From assembly GCA_041494685.1 (NCBI GenBank), contig JBGQBE010000029.1, forward strand, positions 1 through 36,930: DNA of 36,930 bases, in the 5' to 3' direction. This document shows, piece after piece, positions 9,172-17,775 of the stretch; the stretch's first letter is position 1, and every line of letters starts with the position of its first letter. Origin of the DNA: Dehalococcoidia bacterium (GTDB lineage Bacteria > Chloroflexota > Dehalococcoidia > DSTF01 > JACRBR01). The notes under the pieces were generated by a model that ran no database searches, was not told the origin of the DNA, and was given only the letters and a program-made list of their open reading frames with translations. A program made the position numbers and the translations under genes.

Positions 9172-9229
9172 GGCGGATCCTCATCTCGTGTGCGTGCGGC
9201 GTGTGCGGTGCGCGTGCGGCGGTGCAGCG

Positions 9230-9418
9230 CTAGTCGTCGCCGTGCTTGGAGAGCAGCTCGACGGCGGTGCGGCCAAGCAGAAGACGCCCGAGCGTGCGGT
9301 GCCCGAGCGTTCCCATGTAGCGCTTCCAGGTGTTGCGGATGTCGTCGGCGGTCTGCGCGGTGCGCAGCGCCTTCTCGGCCTCGTGGATCGTCAGTGCGTA
9401 GTCAACTGCGACGGGCAT
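9230..9418 (-). CDS. Small hypothetical helical protein (62 aa) between rplI and dnaB
   Basis: GGGAGG RBS before ATG 9418, typical codon usage, co-oriented within the operon. Confidence 0.8.
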   Translation of the reverse strand: MPVAVDYALTIHEAEKALRTAQTADDIRNTWKRYMGTLGHRTLGRLLLGRTAVELLSKHGDD

Positions 9419-9522
9419 GCGGCGGTGCCTCCCTGCGTTCTCGTCACCCGATGCTGCGCCGGGCGCCCGCGAGGGCGGGCGTCGGCACGACGAGAGACGC
9501 GGGGCCGCCACGATGCGGCCGG

Positions 9523-10116
9523 CTAGGCGTCCTCGCCGCTGTCTGTTACTGCATCCTCAACTTCGTAGCCGGCCTCATCCTCAGCCTCGTCTTCAGCCTC
9601 TTCGGCCTCGACGCTCGCCTCGGCCCTGCCGCCGGAAGCCTTCGCGCGGATGTCGGCGGCGGTCGTGCCGTCCTCGCCGACGACGCTGACGGTGACGGTG
9701 GCGCTGACGTTACGCGTCAGCTTCACGCTGACGGCGTAGTCGCCCAGGTCCTTGATCGGCTCGGCGAGCTGCACGTTGTGGCGGTCGAACTCCGCACCGA
9801 TCGTCTCACCGACCTTCGCGGCGATGTCGGCGGTGCCGACCGAGCCGAACAGCTTGCCGGTCGAGCCGGAGCGAGCGGTGAGAGTGTAGACCACACCATC
9901 GAGCTTGCCGGCGACGCCGCGCGCGTCGTTGTCACGCGCCTCCTGCAGGCGCGCCTCACGGGCCGCGCGCTGCTCCGCCGACTTCACCACGGACGGTGAT
10001 GCGGGCATCGCGAGCCTGCGCGGCAACAGGAAGTTGCGGGCGAAGCCCGACTTCACCTCTTTGATGTCGCCGATTTTCGCCGTGCCGGCGACGTCCTCGA
10101 GAAATACGACCTTCAC
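9523..10116 (-). CDS. rplI: 50S ribosomal protein L9 with an acidic C-terminal extension
   Basis: VKVVFLEDV..., VKSGFARNFLLPR, GKLFGSV and PIKDLG. GTG 10116 follows GGAGAG. Confidence 0.96.
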   Translation of the reverse strand: MKVVFLEDVAGTAKIGDIKEVKSGFARNFLLPRRLAMPASPSVVKSAEQRAAREARLQEARDNDARGVAGKLDGVVYTLTARSGSTGKLFGSVGTADIAAKVGETIGAEFDRHNVQLAEPIKDLGDYAVSVKLTRNVSATVTVSVVGEDGTTAADIRAKASGGRAEASVEAEEAEDEAEDEAGYEVEDAVTDSGEDA

Positions 10117-10321
10117 GTTGCTCTCCATGCTCGCCGGCAGAGTCCGCGGCGCCGGGGCGTCATGCCCCTCAACCGCGATCCGCCGGACAAAGAGACGCCG
10201 CCCAAACTCGCCTGCACTGCGTGGTGGCTGTGGTGTGCAGACAACCAGGGCGCCGTCACTGCCTGATACTACGCCGGGAATGGATTCCGACAAGTTATAA
10301 CAGGTCAAGAGCCCCCGCGAA

Positions 10322-10366
10322 ATCTCCCCACTCGGGTGGCGTTGCCGCTTCGACAAGTGGAGAGAT
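10322..10366 (-). other. Stable stem-loop at the 5' end of the predicted rplI-operon transcript
   Basis: Minus strand ATCTCTCCACTTG / CGAGTGGGGAGAT, 13 bp with two G-U pairs, enclosing a GCG-GCAA-CGC mini-hairpin. Confidence 0.55.
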
Positions 10367-10377
10367 CAGCCGTCTCG

Positions 10378-10406
10378 ATCTTAGAACGCATGTGCTGGCA
10401 TGTCAA
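10378..10406 (-). promoter_or_regulatory. Sigma70-type promoter for the rplI-dnaB-dnaD-dnaC operon
   Basis: TTGACA (10406-10401), 17 nt spacer, TAAGAT (10383-10378). Confidence 0.8.
10383..10396. promoter_or_regulatory. Putative LexA (SOS) box within the promoter spacer
   Basis: AGAAC-GCAT-GTGCT, one mismatch from AGAAC-N4-GTTCT. Confidence 0.55.
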
Positions 10407-10700
10407 GCCGCGGTCACCAGGCGGCGGCACTGCGGATGCGGTTGGCGGCGGGGCGGGGTCGCGTGGCACAACCGTCCCCGGCTGTGCTCGCTGGCGGCAG
10501 AGCACGTGGCACCGCGGCCGCGCACCGCAAGCACAGATCGCGATCGCGCCGCCACGCGCGCCATGGTTCACGCCGGATGGCACTGGAATACAGGCGCGCC
10601 TTGGAGCTATGATCCTGTTCCCACGCGTGGGCAAGTGTTTCGGTCTGGGCCTCGCCGCGGCGGTGCCGTGGCGGCATTCACAGCCAGGAGCGTGCCGGCC

Positions 10701-12773
10701 ATGAAAGAGTATGGGACTGAACAACTCCGCAATGTAGTTCTCCTCGGCCATGGAGGTACCGGCAAGACTTCCTTGGCCGAGGCGGCCTTTTTCTCCAGCG
10801 GCGGCACATCCCGCATGGGCCGCGTCGACGACGGCACCACTACCTCCGACTTCGAACCCGACGAGATCAAACGCAAGATCAGCCTCAGCCTCGCCCTCAT
10901 CCCCTGCGAGTGGGCGGACCACAAGATCAACATCATCGACACCCCCGGCTACTCCGACTTCGTCGGCGAAGTGAAGAGCGCGATCCGCGCCGTAGACCTG
11001 GGCGCGATCGTGGTCGATGCGGTCGCGGGCGTGCAGGTGGGCACGGAGATGGCGTGGCGCAACGCCGACCACGCCGGCCTGCCGCGCATCATCGTGATCA
11101 ACCGCATGGACCGCGAGAACGCGAACTTCGACGCGGCCCTGCAGCGCTTGCAGGCGCGCTTCGGCAAGAAGGTGGCGCCGTTGCAGCTGCCGATCGGCGC
11201 CCAGGACTCGTTCTCCGGCGTCATCAGCCTGATCGAGCGCGCGGCGTACATGGGCGACAAGGCCACGCCAGCGGAGATCCCTGCCGACATGGCGGACGCC
11301 GTCGCCGCGGCGCGCGACCAGCTTGTCGAGGCGGTCGCGGAGGCGGACGACGACCTGCTGGCGAAGTACCTGGAGGGCGCGACGCCGACCGCGGAGGAGC
11401 TGACGGCGGCACTGAAGAAGGGCATCGCGGCCGGCATGGTGTACCCCGTGTTCGCCACGTCATCGACGAAGAACATCGGCGTCTCGAAGCTGCTCGACGC
11501 GCTCGTCGCCGACTGTCCGTCGCCCGCGGAAGTGGCGCCACGCACCGCGAACAACTCGTCCGGCGAAGCGCAACTCAAGGCGGACGCGTCGGCGCCGCTG
11601 GCGGCGCTGGTCTTCAAGACGGCGGCAGACCAGTTCGTCGGCCGGCTGACGTACTTGCGTGTGATCTCGGGCACGCTGAAGGGCGACTCACACGTGTGGA
11701 ACGCCAACCACAGCGTCGACGAGCGCCTGGGCCAGATCATCACGCTGAAGGGCAAGACGCAGGATCACGCGCCGGCGCTGGCGGCCGGCGATATCGGTGC
11801 GCTGGCGAAACTGGCGCATACAGTCACCGGCGACACGCTCTGCACGAAGGAGCACGCGGTCACGCTGCCGGCGATCGAGTTCCCGCGCCCGCCCTTCAAC
11901 ATCGCCGTCACGCCGAAGGGCAAAGCCGACGTCGACAAGCTGGGCCCGTCGCTGCATCGCATCGCTGAAGAGGACCCGACGCTGCTCGTCCACCGCGAGG
12001 AGACGACGGGGGAGACGATCATCTCCGGCATGGGCGAGACGCACGTCGAAGTCGCCGCGGAGAAGATGAAGCGCAAGTTCGGCGTCGACGTGGACCTGCA
12101 CGCGCCGAAGGTGCCGTACCGCGAAACGGTGACGGCGCGCGTGGAGTCTGAGTACATCCACAAGAAGCAGACCGGCGGGCACGGCCAGTACGCGCGGGTC
12201 ACCATCACGGTCGAGCCGAACAAGGGCGGCGGCTTCGAGTTCGTAGACAAGGTCGTGGGCGGCGCGGTGCCGCGGAACTACATCCCTGCGGTCGAGAAGG
12301 GTGTGCAGGACGCGCTGCACGAGGGCGCGCTGGCCCACTTCCCGATGGTGGACATCCGCGTGACGCTCACCGACGGCAAGGAGCACCCGGTGGACTCGTC
12401 GGAGATGGCGTTCAAGCTGGCCGGCTCGCAGGCGCTGAAGCAAGGGGCGTTGAAGGCCAACCCTGTGCTGCTGGAGCCGATCGTGTCGATGCGCATCCAC
12501 GTGCCGGAGGCGAACACCGGCGACGTGATGAGCGACCTCAACGGCAAGCGCGCGAAAGTGCACGGCATGACGCCGGACGACGACGGCGCCACCGAGATCG
12601 ACGCCGAGGCGCCGCTGGCGGAGGTGCTGCGCTACTCGACGGACCTGCGCTCGATCACGCAGGGGCGCGGCACCTTCGAGATGGAGTTTGATCACTACGA
12701 AGAGGTGCCGGCGCACATCGCGCAAAAGGTGATCGCGGAGGCGGCGAAGGCGCGCGAAGCGGTGCACGCGTAG
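10701..12773 (+). CDS. fusA2: Elongation factor G paralogue (EF-G2/FusA2-type)
   Basis: Full five-domain EF-G (KKQTGGHGQYA, HPVDSSEMAFK, LLEPI, LRSITQGRG) with divergent GTPase motifs GHGGTGKT, RKISL, DTPGY and NRMD. Not in a str operon. AGGAG RBS. Confidence 0.92.
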   Translation: MKEYGTEQLRNVVLLGHGGTGKTSLAEAAFFSSGGTSRMGRVDDGTTTSDFEPDEIKRKISLSLALIPCEWADHKINIIDTPGYSDFVGEVKSAIRAVDLGAIVVDAVAGVQVGTEMAWRNADHAGLPRIIVINRMDRENANFDAALQRLQARFGKKVAPLQLPIGAQDSFSGVISLIERAAYMGDKATPAEIPADMADAVAAARDQLVEAVAEADDDLLAKYLEGATPTAEELTAALKKGIAAGMVYPVFATSSTKNIGVSKLLDALVADCPSPAEVAPRTANNSSGEAQLKADASAPLAALVFKTAADQFVGRLTYLRVISGTLKGDSHVWNANHSVDERLGQIITLKGKTQDHAPALAAGDIGALAKLAHTVTGDTLCTKEHAVTLPAIEFPRPPFNIAVTPKGKADVDKLGPSLHRIAEEDPTLLVHREETTGETIISGMGETHVEVAAEKMKRKFGVDVDLHAPKVPYRETVTARVESEYIHKKQTGGHGQYARVTITVEPNKGGGFEFVDKVVGGAVPRNYIPAVEKGVQDALHEGALAHFPMVDIRVTLTDGKEHPVDSSEMAFKLAGSQALKQGALKANPVLLEPIVSMRIHVPEANTGDVMSDLNGKRAKVHGMTPDDDGATEIDAEAPLAEVLRYSTDLRSITQGRGTFEMEFDHYEEVPAHIAQKVIAEAAKAREAVHA

Positions 12774-12807
12774 GGGAGCCGGTGAGCCGGTCAGGATGAC
12801 CACAAAC

Positions 12808-12835
12808 GAGAAGGCGCCGCTACGGGCGCCTTCTC
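12808..12835. terminator. Intrinsic terminator hairpin, probably bidirectional
   Basis: GAGAAGGCGCC-gctacg-GGCGCCTTCTC between convergent genes. Confidence 0.8.
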
Positions 12836-12844
12836 TGTGATCTA

Positions 12845-12888
12845 GCTGACTAGCTGAAACGCTGATTCGCTGACAAGCTGACCAGCTA
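12845..12888. repeat. Tandem octamer repeat GCTGANNN x5.5
   Basis: GCTGACTA GCTGAAAC GCTGATTC GCTGACAA GCTGACCA GCTA. Confidence 0.8.
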
Positions 12889-12889
12889 C

Positions 12890-13183
12890 CTACGTCACCT
12901 GTCCAAGGTCCGTGACCTTCCAGGCGCCGTCGATCTCCTTCCAACGCGTCATCATCGTGCCGGAGCCGGAGGCCGCCTCGACGGCCAGGTGATACACGTA
13001 CTCGCCGTTCTCCTCCGACTGGCGCTGCGCCTTGATGTCGGTGATACCGGTGGGCGGTGGCCCGCCGGACATCGCCATCGCCTTGCCCATCGCCTCCGGC
13101 GTGAGGCTGGCCATCAACGAACCGATGTCCATCATCTTGATCGCGTCGATGTACTTGCTGACGGCTTCGTCTACCGTTGCCAT
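12890..13183 (-). CDS. Small NTF2-like-fold hypothetical protein, paralogue 3 of 3
   Basis: SLTPEAMGK ... WKEIDGAWKV. AGGAGG RBS. Confidence 0.85.
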   Translation of the reverse strand: MATVDEAVSKYIDAIKMMDIGSLMASLTPEAMGKAMAMSGGPPPTGITDIKAQRQSEENGEYVYHLAVEAASGSGTMMTRWKEIDGAWKVTDLGQVT

Positions 13184-13193
13184 GTGCGTCCTC

Positions 13194-13484
13194 CTACGAC
13201 GGCTTGACGAGCGAGACGATCTTCCACGTCCCGTCGATCTGCCGCACGGTCTCCCGCATTGATGCCTTTGCGTCGCCGTCGCCGGTGTACGTCACGTCGA
13301 AGACATAGTCGTCGCCGTTCTGGCTGACCGGCACCACGGTGTTCGCCTTGGGCGGGTTCGGCCCGCCGGCCATCAGCGGCCCGACCTGGCCCATGGCCTC
13401 GGGCGTGAGGTCGCCCAGGATCTCAGCGATGCGGCCCTCGCACGCCTTGTTCGCGTGCCCCTGCATGAACTCTTGCGCTGTCAT
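13194..13484 (-). CDS. Small NTF2-like-fold hypothetical protein, paralogue 2 of 3
   Basis: DLTPEAMGQ ... VRQIDGTWKI. Starts 3 nt after the upstream stop. Confidence 0.85.
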   Translation of the reverse strand: MTAQEFMQGHANKACEGRIAEILGDLTPEAMGQVGPLMAGGPNPPKANTVVPVSQNGDDYVFDVTYTGDGDAKASMRETVRQIDGTWKIVSLVKPS

Positions 13485-13487
13485 CGG

Positions 13488-13790
13488 CTACTGCTCCATC
13501 GCTAGCGCGGCGATCTTCCAGGCGCCGCCGCCGTCGCGCCACGTCGCGATCGCTGTGAAGTCCTGGTCGCCGGAGAACTTGATCTTGAAGACGTGGTCCA
13601 CGCCCTGTTCCTCGTGGGTTTCGATCTGGAAGGACTTCAGCGTGGGCATCGCACCCATGCCGCCGCCGGCGTTCTGCATGAGCTGGCCCATCGCCTCAGG
13701 CGTCAGGTCGTTCATGACACGCATCAGGTCGCCGATGAGGAGGGCCTGGCAGTTCTGCTTGACGGCCTCCTCAACGCTCATATCGGGCAT
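13488..13790 (-). CDS. Small NTF2-like-fold hypothetical protein, paralogue 1 of 3
   Basis: DLTPEAMGQ ... WRDGGGAWKI. AAGGGAG RBS before ATG 13790. Confidence 0.85.
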   Translation of the reverse strand: MPDMSVEEAVKQNCQALLIGDLMRVMNDLTPEAMGQLMQNAGGGMGAMPTLKSFQIETHEEQGVDHVFKIKFSGDQDFTAIATWRDGGGAWKIAALAMEQ

Positions 13791-13861
13791 ACTCGCGCTC
13801 CCTTTTCCGAACACACGATCTGCTCTCAGGTTGCGCCCGCACCCGCGCGGAAGCGCCCGCG

Positions 13862-13891
13862 ATCATAGAATCAGCCGCACCGCAGTGTCAA
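13862..13891 (-). promoter_or_regulatory. Sigma70-type promoter for the paralogue triplet
   Basis: TTGACA (13891-13886), 18 nt spacer, TATGAT (13867-13862). Confidence 0.7.
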
Positions 13892-13926
13892 TGAAGATCG
13901 CTCAGGTAAGCGTCCCCCAACGCTGC

Positions 13927-13956
13927 TTGACATGCGCGATCTCCGGCCGATACGCT
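13927..13956 (+). promoter_or_regulatory. Sigma70-type promoter for the LCP gene (leaderless)
   Basis: TTGACA, 18 nt, TACGCT, 7 nt, then GTG 13964. Confidence 0.7.
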
Positions 13957-13963
13957 CGTCGCA

Positions 13964-15376
13964 GTGTCAACGGATCCGCAGAGTTCCACCTCCACATCCA
14001 CCCGGGGTCAGCGAGCGTTCATCGGAGCGGCGATCGTCGTCTTCGCGCTCCTCTCCGCGTATCTGGGCCTCGTAATCATCACGCGCGTGGACAGCATCTT
14101 CCTGGGGCCGAACCACCAGATCACGCTGCCGGGCGGCGTGGGCGCGGTGCTGCCCGGCGTCGACGCGAACGGCGACAGCGGCTCGAAGGACCGGATCAAC
14201 ATCCTCGTGATGGGCCTGGACCGCCGCTCGCGCGAAGGCAACATCCCGACGCGCACCGACTCGTTGTTCGTCGTCAGCGTCGATCCCAAGACGAACACGG
14301 CGGGCATCCTGGGCATCCCCCGCGATCTCTGGGTCGAGATCCCGGGCAAGACGGGCGGCACGTACCAGGAGCGCATCAACACCGTCTACGTGCAGGGCGA
14401 GACGCAGAAGTACCCGCAGGGCGGCGTCGGGCTGATGAAACAGGTGCTGCTCGACCAGTTCGGCATCAAGATCGACAAGTACGTGATCATCGACCTGAAG
14501 GGGTTCGAGACGATCATCGACGACCTCGGCGGCATCGACATCGACGTGCCGGAGGCGGTGTACGATCCCTACTACTCCGAGACGGAGCTGCCCGGCGACT
14601 ACTTCCCCGTCGACGTGAAGCCCGGCATGCAGCACATGGATGGCAAGACCGCGCTGGCGTACGCGCGGGTGCGCTTCAACACTGACGACCTGGACCGTAT
14701 CCAGCGGCAGCAGCGCGTGATCTTCGCGGCGATCGAGCGGGCCAAGAGCCTGAACGTGTTGAAGAACGCCGTTTCGCTCTGGGACAAGTACAAGGGCGCG
14801 GTGCAGACCGACGTCAGCGACATAGAGATCCCGAAGTACGCGATCCTGGCCGCGGACGTGAAGGATACGATCCACGGCGTGTCGCTGGGCCCAGCTACCT
14901 ACCCATACACGACGCCGGGCGGTGCCGAGGTACTGCTCTGGAACAAGGACAAGGCCCAGCAGATCGTCGACTCAGTGTTCTCGGATCAGTCCTCCGTAAC
15001 GCCTGAGGAGTCGCCGACGCCGGCGCCAGTGAACGTGGAGGTGCAGAACGGCACCGGCAGCGACGGTCTGGCGAAGCGCGTCGTGACGTTCATGGTGGGC
15101 AACGGATACCCGGTGGCGGCTCTGAACTTCAGCAACGCGCTGGACGACACGGTCCACGCAAAGTCGGAGATCATCGACGTGGACGGCGCGAACCAGCGCA
15201 ACGGCTATCTGATCGCGAAGATGCTGGGGATCCCGGTCGAGAACTACCGCAAGGCAACGGCGTCCGAGAAGGCCGCGCTGTCGGCAAACGGCACGGCGAT
15301 CGTAATCATCCTGGGGACCGACAAGGACTACGACCAGATGATCCAGTCCCCGACCACCAGCACACCCGGCGGGTGA
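13964..15376 (+). CDS. LCP (LytR-CpsA-Psr) family protein with a C-terminal LytR_C domain
   Basis: N-terminal TM, NILVMGLD, RTDSL, IPRDLWV, RINTVY, ALAYARVR, DLDRIQRQQ. C-terminal VEVQNGTG..GLA and IILGTD. Confidence 0.93.
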   Translation: MSTDPQSSTSTSTRGQRAFIGAAIVVFALLSAYLGLVIITRVDSIFLGPNHQITLPGGVGAVLPGVDANGDSGSKDRINILVMGLDRRSREGNIPTRTDSLFVVSVDPKTNTAGILGIPRDLWVEIPGKTGGTYQERINTVYVQGETQKYPQGGVGLMKQVLLDQFGIKIDKYVIIDLKGFETIIDDLGGIDIDVPEAVYDPYYSETELPGDYFPVDVKPGMQHMDGKTALAYARVRFNTDDLDRIQRQQRVIFAAIERAKSLNVLKNAVSLWDKYKGAVQTDVSDIEIPKYAILAADVKDTIHGVSLGPATYPYTTPGGAEVLLWNKDKAQQIVDSVFSDQSSVTPEESPTPAPVNVEVQNGTGSDGLAKRVVTFMVGNGYPVAALNFSNALDDTVHAKSEIIDVDGANQRNGYLIAKMLGIPVENYRKATASEKAALSANGTAIVIILGTDKDYDQMIQSPTTSTPGG

Positions 15377-15395
15377 TGCGCCGGGGCGGCCGCGC

Positions 15396-16466
15396 TCAGC
15401 GCGCGGCCATGTACGCCTTCAACCAGTCCAGCGCACCCATCGGCGACGGCTCGACCCCGTTGAGCAGGCCCATGTAGTAGCTCGCGAAGTCGCCGAGCTG
15501 CACCGCCCAGAGCATCTGCGCCAGCAGAGACGCGCCCGGCACGTCCACCACCTCCGCGGCGACGCCGGCGGCGCCCAGCTGCTCCAGCGTGGCGTCCACG
15601 CGCAGACGGATGCGCGGGTGCATCGACGCGTGGCGCAGCACCACCGCGCGCAGCAACGGCAGCAGCGGGGCCGGCGCGCCGAAGCCCAGCGGCGCGTTGT
15701 GGTTCATCTCCGGCAGCTCTTCGGCGATCGCCCAGGACTTCGCGTTCTCGTTGACCTGCGTGCGCCAGCGGTACGCGACGGGCGCCAGCGCCTGCGCGCC
15801 GATGATCACCGGCAGCCTGCCGGCGAGCCGCCGCGCGAGTTGCTTGGCCGCGTTCGACGCTTCCGGCACGTCGCGCGCGCACTGTGCCGCAAGCGCCCGC
15901 ATCCCGTCGAGCGCGCCGGGCAAGTCCGCGCGGAGATCCGGCAGCAGGCCAAGGCCGCCGCAGATCGCCAGCAGCGTCGCTGTGCTCCAGCCGAGCGCCG
16001 ACCGCGGCTCGCCCTCCCAGTCGAACGTTAGCGCCGGCAGGCCGCGCTCACGCGCCATCGCCAGCAATTGGCCGCCCGTCGTCAGTGCGACGCACATCGC
16101 ACCGGCGTCCGCGGCCGCGCCCAGCGACGCGACGATCTCCTCGGTATTGCCGCTGTTGGACGACGCCAGCACGAGCGTGCGGGGGCCGACGTACGCGGGC
16201 AGGACGTAGCCGCGCACGACGGAGACCTGCGTCCTCGCGCCGATATCGATCGCCAGCCCCTGGAGCAGCGCGCCGCCGATGCCGGAGCCGCCCATGCCCA
16301 GCACGACGATCCGGTTCGCCTCGCGATAGCCCGCGGGCAGCGCGAGCGCGCGGGCGGCGTCCCACGCCTGCGCCACCTGCTCCGGCAGCGCGGCGATGCG
16401 ATCGTACAGGCCGTGGGAGTCGAGCCGCTGGTATGTGTCGGTGGCGTCCAAGATCGATTCGGGCAT
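15396..16466 (-). CDS. Bifunctional phosphoglucose/phosphomannose isomerase (double SIS)
   Basis: GMGGSGIGG, SSNSGNTEE, TTGG, WRTQVNENAK, LPEMNHN and LGDFASYY. Confidence 0.92.
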   Translation of the reverse strand: MPESILDATDTYQRLDSHGLYDRIAALPEQVAQAWDAARALALPAGYREANRIVVLGMGGSGIGGALLQGLAIDIGARTQVSVVRGYVLPAYVGPRTLVLASSNSGNTEEIVASLGAAADAGAMCVALTTGGQLLAMARERGLPALTFDWEGEPRSALGWSTATLLAICGGLGLLPDLRADLPGALDGMRALAAQCARDVPEASNAAKQLARRLAGRLPVIIGAQALAPVAYRWRTQVNENAKSWAIAEELPEMNHNAPLGFGAPAPLLPLLRAVVLRHASMHPRIRLRVDATLEQLGAAGVAAEVVDVPGASLLAQMLWAVQLGDFASYYMGLLNGVEPSPMGALDWLKAYMAAR

Positions 16467-16549
16467 GCCACGTTGTATAGGCGGGGCGATCCGCCGTCAA
16501 ACGCCACGGTTCTTCTGGACACCCACGCCCGCGCGCGCGAGAATCCGGC

Positions 16550-17761
16550 ATGCGACGACCACTGGAAGGCATCCGCGTCCTCGATCTCACCGTCTGGCAG
16601 CAAGGCACCTACGCCACGGCCATGCTCGCGGAGCTTGGCGCGGACGTGGTGAAGGTCGAGGAGACGGTGTCGGGCGACCCGGGACGTCACTTCGCTGTGG
16701 TGCGCGACCTGGGGCTGAGCCCGTACTTCGAAGCGCACAACCACGGCAAGCGATCGATCGCCATCGACCTCAAGCACCCGCAGGGCCGCGCGGTGCTGCT
16801 GCGCCTGGCGGAGAGCGCGGATGTCTTCCTGAACAACTTCCGCGTCGGCGCCATCGAGCGGCTGGGCCTCACCTATGAGGCCATCTCCGCCGTGAACCCG
16901 CGCATCGTCTATGTCCAGGCCTCGGGCCACGGCCACTACGGCGACGACGCGGACGCCGGCTCGTTCGACATCCTGGCGCAGGCGCGCGGCGGCATCATGA
17001 GCGTGATGGGCGAGCCGGACGGGCCGCCCGGCTACACAGGCGTGCCGGTTGCCGACCAGGTGGGCGGGCTGCACGCCTCCATCGCCGCGCTGGCGGGCAT
17101 CGTCAGCCGCAACATCACGGGCACGGGCATGAAGTTCGACACGTCGCTGCTCGGCAGCCAGATCTCGCTGCAGTCGTTCGACATCACCCGCTACCTCTTC
17201 ACAGGCACGCAGCGCGAGCGCGTCTCGCGCGGCGGCGCCACGCCGTTCTGGCGCGCCTATCGCGCGGGCGACGGCCAATGGTTCGTCATCGGCATGTTGC
17301 TGCAGCGTGCGTGGCCCGAGATCGCGCAGGTTATCGGCCGGCCGGAACTCGAGCGCGATCCCCGCTTTGACACCTACCGCAAGCGCAGCCTCGAGCACGC
17401 CGCCGACCTGATTGCCATCCTCGACGAGGCGTTCCTGTCGGCGCCGGCGATGGAGTGGGTGCGGCGGCTGAACGCCGTGGGCATGTTCGCGGCGCCGGTG
17501 CAGGACTACGCGCAGGTCGCGGACGACCCGCAGGTGCTGGCCAACGGCTACATCAGCGAGGTGGAGTATCCCGGCCACGATCCGGTGCGCATCGCGGGCA
17601 TCGGCATCAGCGCGGACGGCGAGCCGCTGACGGTGCGGCGGCTGGCGTCCGATCACGGCGCGGACAGCGAGGCCGTGATGCTTGAAGCCGGCTATTCGTG
17701 GGACGAGATCACGCGCCTGCGCGCCGATGGCGTCATCGGCCCTGCGCACAACTCGGAGTAG
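16550..17761 (+). CDS. Family III CoA-transferase (CaiB/BaiF)
   Basis: PLEGIRVLDLT, LAELGADVVKVE, NHGKRSIAIDLK, NFRVG, FDILAQA and VPVADQVGG. Confidence 0.95.
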   Translation: MRRPLEGIRVLDLTVWQQGTYATAMLAELGADVVKVEETVSGDPGRHFAVVRDLGLSPYFEAHNHGKRSIAIDLKHPQGRAVLLRLAESADVFLNNFRVGAIERLGLTYEAISAVNPRIVYVQASGHGHYGDDADAGSFDILAQARGGIMSVMGEPDGPPGYTGVPVADQVGGLHASIAALAGIVSRNITGTGMKFDTSLLGSQISLQSFDITRYLFTGTQRERVSRGGATPFWRAYRAGDGQWFVIGMLLQRAWPEIAQVIGRPELERDPRFDTYRKRSLEHAADLIAILDEAFLSAPAMEWVRRLNAVGMFAAPVQDYAQVADDPQVLANGYISEVEYPGHDPVRIAGIGISADGEPLTVRRLASDHGADSEAVMLEAGYSWDEITRLRADGVIGPAHNSE

Positions 17762-17775
17762 GAGCGAGGGAAGCG

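Noticed and set aside
10117..10700. Long N-terminal extensions of L9 (to 10356) and EF-G (from 10221) in the ORF track
   Set aside because: Homology and RBS positions put the starts at 10116 and 10701. The region contains promoters and hairpins.
12845..12888. CRISPR array
   Set aside because: 8-nt units without unique spacers, and no cas genes.
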